The notes: a model not told the origin generated them from the letters alone. DNA of 57,335 nucleotides from Candidatus Buchananbacteria bacterium RIFCSPHIGHO2_02_FULL_56_16 (GCA_001817495.1 MHIL01000023.1:1-57335); one strand, 5' to 3'; positions 41,569-48,729 are shown, counted from the first letter of the stretch. Program-made: numbers and translations.

Positions 41569-42870
41569 ATGGCCGCTGATCAGCCAAATAAAAACGACGA
41601 ATTTTTTCAGCTCCTAGCCGCCGAGCCCGGCGGGCCGGGCGGTACCGCTGTCCGGAATCCGTTTAATGATGACGAGATTGTCTTTCGGGATGAACGCGGC
41701 GAAATTAAGGTGCTCAAGGGAAAACAGGTAACGCCGTTAGCTCGGGCCGGCGTCCAGCGGCGGGAATCAACCGGTCCGGCGGTTGAGCCGGCTTCACCGC
41801 CCCCCGAACCGCTTCCGGCAGCGCCGCCGCCAGCGACCGCCGGCCTGCCGTCGCCGAGCGCGTCGATTGCTCAAGCCGCGACGCGTCACCGGCAGGCTAT
41901 TGCCGACACCGTGGAGTCAATCACCGCCAGCCATCAGCTCAAAAAAACTTTTGCCGAAGCAGCGCTCGAGAAACGATTTAAAAATCTAATCCTCTCGATG
42001 CTGACCGGCGTGCGTAACGCCGTCGAGACGAGGGAGATGCTCACCCGGCCAGTGGCGGAAGGCGGCCTGGAATTTAGCCAGCCGGAAGCGGCAGACGTGC
42101 TGGCGGCTATTGATCAAGCGAACCGTTCAATCACCGGTCAGGCTCACCACCAGCCGCCACCGGCGTTGAGCCTTGAAGGTCAGCAGCTGTTGAGCGATAC
42201 CGCCGCACCGGCTCCGCCCACGCTCACCTTCACCGACCCGCTACGCCCGCGTAGCGTGGCGAGCCCGATCCTCACATCGGCTGTCGCTCCGTCATCCTCG
42301 CCGCTGCCGCCGGTTGCCCCGCCAAATCCGATAGCGCCGCCCCGCCCCGTGAAGGCGTTTCAAGAGCCGCCGGCTCCGGTGGTTGCCGTCCGGCCCAGGC
42401 CAGCGGCCGCTGCCGAGACGCCAATTGGTCGTCAGACGGTTCAACCGGCGGAAGGCTCGCCACGCTTCGGCGGCGAAGCGGGCTCGCCACGCTTCGGTGG
42501 CGAAGCGGGCAGACCGAAGATCGAGGATGTAAAGTTTAAGCCAAAATCAATGGGTCCGGTCGAGGAGATTGGCGCGCTCACGGCGCTCGATTTCCGCCGG
42601 CTCGGCGCCAACCCGAACGAGGCGGGTCTGGCGATTATGGAAAAAATTGAGCAGCTGGAGCAGGAGTCGTTTAGCCAGCGGATCGCGGCGATTAGGGCCT
42701 GGCAGGACAGCCCCGTCTACCGGCTGTACCTCGAGCTCGGCGGCGCGAGCATGGAAGAGAAGAAGCCGGTCGCGACCGTCATCGCCGAACGGCAGGCGGC
42801 GCGCACGCCAACGCTGACCGAACCGGAGTTTGAGGCGATTTCGGATTTAAACCAGAAGCTAAGACATTAG
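41569..42870 (+). CDS. Pro/Ala-rich hypothetical protein (433 aa) carrying three copies of the palindromic element
   Basis: It is a long ORF with a disordered Pro-rich middle and a conserved-looking helical C-terminus. It is bracketed by a perfect 19-bp inverted repeat. Confidence 0.65.
   Translation: MAADQPNKNDEFFQLLAAEPGGPGGTAVRNPFNDDEIVFRDERGEIKVLKGKQVTPLARAGVQRRESTGPAVEPASPPPEPLPAAPPPATAGLPSPSASIAQAATRHRQAIADTVESITASHQLKKTFAEAALEKRFKNLILSMLTGVRNAVETREMLTRPVAEGGLEFSQPEAADVLAAIDQANRSITGQAHHQPPPALSLEGQQLLSDTAAPAPPTLTFTDPLRPRSVASPILTSAVAPSSSPLPPVAPPNPIAPPRPVKAFQEPPAPVVAVRPRPAAAAETPIGRQTVQPAEGSPRFGGEAGSPRFGGEAGRPKIEDVKFKPKSMGPVEEIGALTALDFRRLGANPNEAGLAIMEKIEQLEQESFSQRIAAIRAWQDSPVYRLYLELGGASMEEKKPVATVIAERQAARTPTLTEPEFEAISDLNQKLRH
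42237..42265. repeat. Inverted-orientation copy of the in-frame palindromic element with compensatory stem changes
   Basis: The sequence is cccgctacgcccgcgtagcgtggcgagcc. Its stem is cgctacg/cgtagcg instead of cgcttcg/cgaagcg, and it is read as [10 protein letters not shown]. Confidence 0.8.
42454..42510. repeat. Two tandem copies (27-nt period) of the in-frame palindromic element
   Basis: The sequence is ggctcgccacgcttcg-gcgg-cgaagcgggctcgccacgcttcg-gtgg-cgaagcgggc, read as GSPRFGGEAGSPRFGGEAG. Confidence 0.9.
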
Positions 42871-43094
42871 TTTAGAAATTCTAAGCACTAAATCCTAGAA
42901 CGAGCTGTTAGCTTCATTGAGGAGTTAGGAATTAGCTTTTTAGCTTCCGAGTTGCCGAGACTTACCGTTTCCTCAAAAGCTACAAGCTAAGAAGCTACTT
43001 CCTAAAAATCTAACAGCCGCTAAAAGCTATAAGCTATCTTTGGTCATTTGGATTTATGTAGAGTTGAGAGCTTAGGATTTAGGATTTTGATAAA

Positions 43095-43562
43095 ATGCAG
43101 CAATTCGTCGTCCCCCAATTCATTGACGTTGAAGATAAAATCATCGGTCCGATCACCGTTCGGCAATTTTTGATTTTGCTGGCCGGCGCCGGGGTGTCCT
43201 TTGTCGCCTACAAGCTCTCCGACCTCACCCTCTTTGTCTTTGAGTTCGCGGTCATCTCGCTCATCTTCTTCACCTTCGCGTTCATCAAAATTAACGGCAA
43301 GCCGATTCACTATCTCTTCCTTAACCTCATTCAAACTTCTCGTCGCGCCCGCTTGCGGGTGTGGAAGAAAAAAGTTTTTCATAAGGCCGAGCTGCATAAG
43401 TTGAGTAAAGAAAAAAAAGCCGAGCTGCCGGTGGTGGTTATCGCCAAAAATAAGGTCAAGGCTTCGCGGCTGGCCGAGCTGTCGCTGATCGTTGACACGG
43501 GCGGCATCTACCAGGGCGAGGCGCTCCCGCTGGCTAAGGGCGGCAAGGAGCAGCTGTTATGA
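43095..43562 (+). CDS. PrgI-family (VirB3-like) small T4SS membrane protein
   Basis: It has the N-terminal VPQFIDVEDKIIGPITVRQF motif followed by two TM helices. Its stop overlaps the next start (ATGA). Confidence 0.65.
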   Translation: MQQFVVPQFIDVEDKIIGPITVRQFLILLAGAGVSFVAYKLSDLTLFVFEFAVISLIFFTFAFIKINGKPIHYLFLNLIQTSRRARLRVWKKKVFHKAELHKLSKEKKAELPVVVIAKNKVKASRLAELSLIVDTGGIYQGEALPLAKGGKEQLL

Positions 43563-44236
43563 AATCAAAAAAGTTAGCCGGTAAAAAAGTTCAGGCCTCC
43601 ACCCAGCAGTACCTCGACATCGCGGAGATTAAAGAGGACACGGTGGTGCTCAAAGACGGAACGCTGCGGTCGGTCATCTTGGTCTCGAGCATTAACTTCG
43701 CCCTCAAATCGGAAGACGAACAGAACGCGATTATCGCCGCTTACATCAGCTTTTTGAACTCGCTCGATTTTCCGCTCCAAATTTCTATCCAGTCGCGGGT
43801 GCTGGACGTTGACGGCTACCTCGACCGGCTCAAGAAGCTGGAGAAAGAGCAGACCAATGAGCTGCTCCGCATCCAGACGACCGAGTACCGCCAGTATGTC
43901 TCTGAACTCGTCAAGCTCGGCGACATCATGACCAAGCGGTTCTACGTAGTCGTGCCGTACGATCCGGTTTCCGACAAGCAAAAGTCGTGGCGGAACCGGT
44001 TCACGGAAGTTTTCAGCGCCGCCAGCGACCTTAAGCTGAACCAGGAGCAGTTCCTCAAGCGCCGGCGCGCGCTGTCGCAGCGGGTTGAGCACATCCTTAG
44101 CTACCTGGCGAGCATGAGCCTTAAGGCAGTGGTGCTCGACACCCAGAGCCTGATTGAGCTCTACTACAACACCTACAACCCCGGGCTGTACAAGCGGGAG
44201 AAGCTGGTTGAGGTTAATAAAATTCAAGTTGAGTAG
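43559..44236 (+). CDS. VirB4/TrsE-type N-terminal domain encoded as a separate ORF
   Basis: The STQQYLDIAEIKEDTVVLKDG.LRSV..VSSINF.LKSEDEQ..II..Y..FLNSLDFP.QI pattern resembles the N-terminus of Gram-positive-type VirB4 ATPases. It ends 2 nt before the ATPase ORF, in another frame. Confidence 0.5.
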   Translation: MKSKKLAGKKVQASTQQYLDIAEIKEDTVVLKDGTLRSVILVSSINFALKSEDEQNAIIAAYISFLNSLDFPLQISIQSRVLDVDGYLDRLKKLEKEQTNELLRIQTTEYRQYVSELVKLGDIMTKRFYVVVPYDPVSDKQKSWRNRFTEVFSAASDLKLNQEQFLKRRRALSQRVEHILSYLASMSLKAVVLDTQSLIELYYNTYNPGLYKREKLVEVNKIQVE

Positions 44237-44238
44237 CC

Positions 44239-46158
44239 ATGGCGATTACCCCGCGGACAATCAAAGAGCAAGAGCAGCGCCGCTTGTTGCCGCCCGAGGC
44301 GGCAGTCGCGCCGGCCGAGCAGCGCGAGCGCGAGGCGGGAGCGGCGGCGGCGGAAAAATCAGTCATCGAGGAGGAACGAATCTTCCGCGAGGGCGTGGTT
44401 TCGATCAAAGACCTGATCAGCCCGGCCGCGATGGAGGTCAACCCGCGCTTCATTAAGCTCGGCGAGCGGTTCGCGAGCACGCTGTTCGTCATCAGCTATC
44501 CGCGCTACATCTCGATCGGCTGGTTCGCGCCGATCATCAACCTAAGCGTGGCGCTGGACATCTCGATGTTTTTTTATCCGGTGAAATCCCACATCATCTT
44601 AAAGCAGCTGCGGAAGAAAGCCGGCGCGCTGGAAGCCCAGCTGCTCTCGGACCGGGAGAAGGGCGCGCCGCGCGATCCGGTGCGTGAGACGGCGCTGCGC
44701 GATATTGAGAAGCTGCGCGACGACCTCACCCAGGGTACCGAGCACTTTTTTCAGTTCGGCCTGTACGTCACCGTCTACGCCGACACCAAAGAAGAGCTCG
44801 GCCGGCTGACCGAAGACATTGAGTCACTCTTCGGCTCGCGCCTCGTGTACTCCAAGAAGGTGCTCTACCAGGCGGAGCAGGGATTTAACTCCACCCTGCC
44901 GATGGGCAACGATGAGCTGATGATTGGGTTTAACATGAACTCATCGCCGATCGCCGCTTCATTTCCGTTTATTTCCTCCGAACTAACCTCCGACGACGGC
45001 GTGCTCTACGGCATCAACCGGCACAATAACAGTCTGATCCTCTTCGACCGGTTCTCCCTCCAGAACGCCAACACGGTGGTGTTCGCCACCTCCGGCGCCG
45101 GCAAGAGCTACGCGATCAAGCTCGAGGTGCTCCGGAGCATGATGCTGGGCACCGACGTGCTGGTGATTGACCCGGAGCGCGAGTACAAGCACCTCGCCGA
45201 CGCGGTCGGCGGGACCTACATCAACATTTCGTTGAGTTCAGAGAGCAAGATTAACCCCTTCGACCTGCCGCGGCCTATCGGCGAGCAGCGGACATCTGAT
45301 ATCATCCGGGCGTCGGTCATCACGCTCAAGGGTCTGCTGCGTCTGATGCTGGGCAGCCTCACCCACCAGGAGGACTCGATCATTGACCGGGCGCTCCTGG
45401 AAACGTACGCCAAGAAAGACATTACCTCGGAGTCCGATCTCGCCAAGATCGAACCGCCGATCATGCAGGACTTGCAAGACGTGCTCGAGGGTATGGAGGG
45501 CGCGGCTGATTTGGCGCTGCGCCTTAAGAAGTACACCCAGGGGACGTTCTCCGGCCTGTTCAACAGCCCGACCAACGTTGACGTTAATAACCAGCTCGTG
45601 GTCTTTTCGGTCCGCGACCTCGAGGATGAGCTGCGGCCAATCGCCATCTACACGATTGTCACCTACATCTGGAACGTGGTGCGCTCGAAGCTGAAGAAAC
45701 GCCTCCTGATTATTGACGAAGCCTGGTGGCTGATGCAGAATGAAGATTCGGCCAAGTTCATCTACGCGCTGGTCAAGCGCTGCCGCAAGTACTACCTCGG
45801 CGTGACCAACATTACCCAGGACGTCAATGACTTTCTGCTTTCGCCCTACGGCCACGCCATCGTCAATAACTCGGCGCTCCAGCTCTTGATGCGCCAGTCG
45901 CCGGCGGCGATCGACCTCGTCCAGCAAACCTTTTTGCTGACCGAGGGTGAGAAGTACCTCCTCCTCGAGTGCGGGGTGGGCGAGGGGATTTTTTTCGCCG
46001 GCGAGAAGCACGCCGCGATTAAAGTCGTCGCCTCCTATTCGGAAGACCAGCTGATCACGTCTGATCCGCGCCAGCTCCTGGAAATTGAAGAGGCCAAGCG
46101 GGAGTTTGAGCAGCAGCTGCCAAACCAAGAGCCCGCGGCTGAACCAGCCGCTCCCTAG
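44239..46158 (+). CDS. VirB4-like T4SS ATPase
   Basis: It has Walker A (FATSGAGKSY) and Walker B (RLLIIDEAWWLM). It also has the upstream ISP....V.....KLG.....TLF...YPRY...GW pattern typical of VirB4/TraE. Confidence 0.8.
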   Translation: MAITPRTIKEQEQRRLLPPEAAVAPAEQREREAGAAAAEKSVIEEERIFREGVVSIKDLISPAAMEVNPRFIKLGERFASTLFVISYPRYISIGWFAPIINLSVALDISMFFYPVKSHIILKQLRKKAGALEAQLLSDREKGAPRDPVRETALRDIEKLRDDLTQGTEHFFQFGLYVTVYADTKEELGRLTEDIESLFGSRLVYSKKVLYQAEQGFNSTLPMGNDELMIGFNMNSSPIAASFPFISSELTSDDGVLYGINRHNNSLILFDRFSLQNANTVVFATSGAGKSYAIKLEVLRSMMLGTDVLVIDPEREYKHLADAVGGTYINISLSSESKINPFDLPRPIGEQRTSDIIRASVITLKGLLRLMLGSLTHQEDSIIDRALLETYAKKDITSESDLAKIEPPIMQDLQDVLEGMEGAADLALRLKKYTQGTFSGLFNSPTNVDVNNQLVVFSVRDLEDELRPIAIYTIVTYIWNVVRSKLKKRLLIIDEAWWLMQNEDSAKFIYALVKRCRKYYLGVTNITQDVNDFLLSPYGHAIVNNSALQLLMRQSPAAIDLVQQTFLLTEGEKYLLLECGVGEGIFFAGEKHAAIKVVASYSEDQLITSDPRQLLEIEEAKREFEQQLPNQEPAAEPAAP

Positions 46159-46171
46159 CAGCCAAGTTCTG

Positions 46172-46247
46172 CTGACTACTGACTACTGACTACAGACTAC
46201 AGACTACTTACTACTACTTACTACTACTTACTACTACTTACTACGGT
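46172..46247. repeat. One-armed tandem arrays of family-1 words: (TGACTAC)x3, (AGACTAC)x2, (TTACTACTAC)x3.7
   Basis: I read these directly. The complement 11-mer ctactgactac occurs at 46176 and 46183. Confidence 0.85.
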
Positions 46248-46254
46248 CTAACCT

Positions 46255-46830
46255 ATGACCCGACGAACCAAAACTGTCATCGCCGTTGCCCTCGCACTCT
46301 TGGTATTGCTGATTATTCTTGGCCTGCTGTGGTGGCTCTGGGGCCGGGGACCGGCAACGCCGACCAACGTTAACCAGCCGATTACGGAACCCGAGCGGTT
46401 GCCTCTTGAGATTATCGATAAGCAGCCGTCGCCGGTGAAAGCGCCGGATGTGGAGGCGTCATTAAAGGCGACCGCCTCGACGTTTACCGAACGTTTCGGC
46501 AGCTTCTCGAACCAGGGCAGCTTTGAGAACCTGGAAGACGTCCGGCCGCTCCTGACCGTCAAGATGCGGGGCACGGTCGACGCGCTCATCGCCGACCAAC
46601 GGAGCACGGCCGCGGCGGACGGTCCCTACTACGGCGTTACTACCCAAGCCCTCGTGGTGACCATCACCGGCTACGACGAGTCGCTCGGTCGCGCTGACGT
46701 AACGGTCAATACCCAGCGGGCCGAGTCAAAGGGCACGACCGCCAATCCAAGAGTTTTTTACCAAAAAATAAACCTCAAGCTGGTAAAAACCGGTGATGCT
46801 TGGAAAGTTGACGAAGCGGTCTGGGAGTAG
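46255..46830 (+). CDS. Bitopic membrane protein (191 aa); possible VirB8-like component
   Basis: It has an N-terminal TM helix and an extracytoplasmic alpha+beta domain of about 140 aa. It lies immediately after VirB4. The functional call is purely contextual. Confidence 0.3.
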   Translation: MTRRTKTVIAVALALLVLLIILGLLWWLWGRGPATPTNVNQPITEPERLPLEIIDKQPSPVKAPDVEASLKATASTFTERFGSFSNQGSFENLEDVRPLLTVKMRGTVDALIADQRSTAAADGPYYGVTTQALVVTITGYDESLGRADVTVNTQRAESKGTTANPRVFYQKINLKLVKTGDAWKVDEAVWE

Positions 46831-46860
46831 TAAGTTAGTAAAGTAAGCAAGACAAGGAGG

Positions 46861-46886
46861 TAAGTAAAGTAAGCTTACTTTACTTA
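46861..46886. repeat. Perfect 26-nt palindrome (word family 2)
   Basis: I checked taagtaaagtaagcttactttactta pair by pair. Confidence 0.9.
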
Positions 46887-46960
46887 ATTTACTTACTCGC
46901 TTACACGCTTGTTCAATTAAAGCTCAACGTAGCGCCAGCGTAGATTCGTAACCTGACGCT

Positions 46961-47617
46961 ATGAAAAAATTCATCGAGTTTCTCTCGTCGCTGCTGTTTC
47001 CGATTCAGTGTGTGGGTTGCCGGGCCGCGGATCAATGGCTGTGCGCCCGCTGCGCTCAAACGGTCCGCCTCAACAGTTTCGAGCCGGTCCGTTTTCGTCC
47101 CAGCGGTTCGCAGCTGACCATCAAGGTACTGGTAGCGGCCGACTACTCCCAGCCGCTGCTCCAGCGGTTACTCTCGACCTACAAGTACCGATTCGTGGTT
47201 GACCTCGGCGACCGGCTCGGAGACCTGCTGGTCGATTTTTTAAAAACGGCCAAGGGTCTGCCGGCGATTGATCTGGTTGCGCCGGTGCCGCTCGCCAGCC
47301 GCCGGTTGCGCTGGCGGTCGTTTAACCAGTCGGAGATTCTCGCCCGCCGGGTTGGTCAGGCGTTCAGCTGGCCGGTCGACCCTGGACTGCTCGTTCGCCA
47401 CCATTACCGCCATCCGCAAGTGGGCTTGGATGCCCAACGACGCCGGCAAAACGTCCGGCACGCGTTCCGGGTGGCTGATCCGGCGAGCGTGCGCGGCAAG
47501 CGGGTGCTGCTGGTTGACGACGTGGTGACAACCGGCTCAACATTGACCGAATGCGCCGCCGGACTGTGGGCTGCCGGCGCCCGGGAAGTCTGGGGATTGG
47601 TCATCGCTCACGGTTGA
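46961..47617 (+). CDS. comF: ComF-family protein (phosphoribosyltransferase-type competence protein ComFC)
   Basis: It has an N-terminal CxxC..CxxC zinc finger and a C-terminal PRTase motif (VLLVDDVVTTGSTL). Confidence 0.85.
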   Translation: MKKFIEFLSSLLFPIQCVGCRAADQWLCARCAQTVRLNSFEPVRFRPSGSQLTIKVLVAADYSQPLLQRLLSTYKYRFVVDLGDRLGDLLVDFLKTAKGLPAIDLVAPVPLASRRLRWRSFNQSEILARRVGQAFSWPVDPGLLVRHHYRHPQVGLDAQRRRQNVRHAFRVADPASVRGKRVLLVDDVVTTGSTLTECAAGLWAAGAREVWGLVIAHG

Positions 47618-47734
47618 TGGGCAAGGGTTTACAAAACGGTATTTTTATTGTACGATAGAATAACAAAAGAAGAACCGCCAATCTAATCTAACAACTAAAA
47701 ACCAAAAACTAAAAACTGTTCGCATAGCGAACCT

Positions 47735-47821
47735 GGAGAGGTGGCTGAGTGGCTGAAAGCAACACACTGCTAATGTGTTGAGCCTTCACGGGCTCCGTGG
47801 GTTCGAATCCCACCCTCTCCG
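47735..47821 (+). tRNA. tRNA-Ser (anticodon GCU), class II, no encoded CCA
   Basis: I folded it by hand. The acceptor is GGAGAGG/CCTCTCC, the anticodon stem is ACACA/TGTGT with loop CTGCTAA, the variable arm is 18 nt, and the T arm is GTGGG-TTCGAAT-CCCAC. Confidence 0.9.
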
Positions 47822-48042
47822 TCTTCGCCTCGCCGAAGCTCTGCGAAGCAGAGCGAAGGCGGGCCCTCATCTTTCCTTTCGGCTCGGCTACGACGTGATA
47901 CAATCCGTATGTACTATCTTCGCCTCGCCGAAGCCTCGATGGGTCGGGGACAGAGGTCCGGCTCGAACGTTTGACGAACCGTCAGGATTTAGGGTAAGCT
48001 TCGATTGCAGCTTAGCGTATCCCAACCAAAAAAGAAAAAGGT

Positions 48043-48564
48043 ATGGACGAGCAAAAAACCAAAGATAATAATGACGAGACCGCGGCGCCGGCGGATCACG
48101 GCCAGGTATTTTTCAGCTGGCAGTTTCCCGAATTTCCCCGCTACGAGCGCAGCCGGCGGTGGTACGTCGGGGCGGCGATCAGCGGCGGCCTGCTGCTGCT
48201 CTTTGCTGCCTTCACCAGAAATTTTCTGTTCGCCATTATCACGATCATCGCGGCGCTGACGATCACGCTGATTCACCGGAATCCGCGCCAGATTAGATTT
48301 CAGATCACCGAAGACGGCCTCGTGGTCAATGATACGTTTTTTGACTACGACGCCATTAAAAACTTTTACATCATCTACCAGCCGCCCGAGGTTAAAACGC
48401 TGTACTTCGAGCTCAAGAGTTTTTTCAAACCGCGAATTCCCGCCGCGCTGGAAGACCAAGACCCCGCCAAGATTCGAGCGGTGCTGACGCGGTACCTGAC
48501 CGAAGACTTGGAACGCGAGCACGAGCCCGTCTCTGATCAGTTCTCGCGGCTGTTCAAGCTGTAG
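48043..48564 (+). CDS. Hypothetical two-TM membrane protein (173 aa)
   Basis: It is an ATG-started ORF with genome-typical codon bias, two adjacent TM helices and a soluble C-terminal domain. Confidence 0.6.
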   Translation: MDEQKTKDNNDETAAPADHGQVFFSWQFPEFPRYERSRRWYVGAAISGGLLLLFAAFTRNFLFAIITIIAALTITLIHRNPRQIRFQITEDGLVVNDTFFDYDAIKNFYIIYQPPEVKTLYFELKSFFKPRIPAALEDQDPAKIRAVLTRYLTEDLEREHEPVSDQFSRLFKL

Positions 48565-48652
48565 CCGCGTACTGCCGAGTCCCTGTAGCTTCCGCCAGAG
48601 GCGGACCCGCCTATGGCGGGCAACGGATACTCGCCCGACTCGCCTGATTTAT

Positions 48653-48729
48653 GTCCCCATAGCTCAGCTGGATAGAGCGCAAGCTTGCGGAGCTTGAGGT
48701 CGTAGGTTCAAACCCTACTGGGGACGCCA
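48653..48729 (+). tRNA. tRNA-Arg (anticodon GCG) with encoded CCA
   Basis: I folded it by hand. The acceptor is GTCCCCA/TGGGGAC, the D arm is GCTC..GAGC, the anticodon stem is CAAGC/GCTTG with loop TTGCGGA, and the T arm is GTAGG-TTCAAAC-CCTAC, followed by G-CCA. Confidence 0.85.

Noticed and set aside
44983-46128. Minus-strand ORFs inside virB4 (45238-46128, 45216-45647, 44983-45192) and the 217-aa minus-strand ORF 43574-44227
   Set aside because: They are antisense shadows of ORFs that carry Walker A/B and VirB4-type motifs, and they have no motifs of their own.
22364-46830. Integrative conjugative element or plasmid-derived conjugation module
   Set aside because: No relaxase, VirD4/TraG coupling protein, integrase/recombinase, replication or partition genes are visible. 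The locus is interleaved with metK and flanked by core genes of the same composition.
47735-48042. Genomic island integrated at tRNA-Ser
   Set aside because: The 18-nt direct repeats do not include tRNA sequence and enclose only ~77 nt. No integrase is nearby, and the downstream genes (membrane protein, tRNA-Arg, recG) look native.
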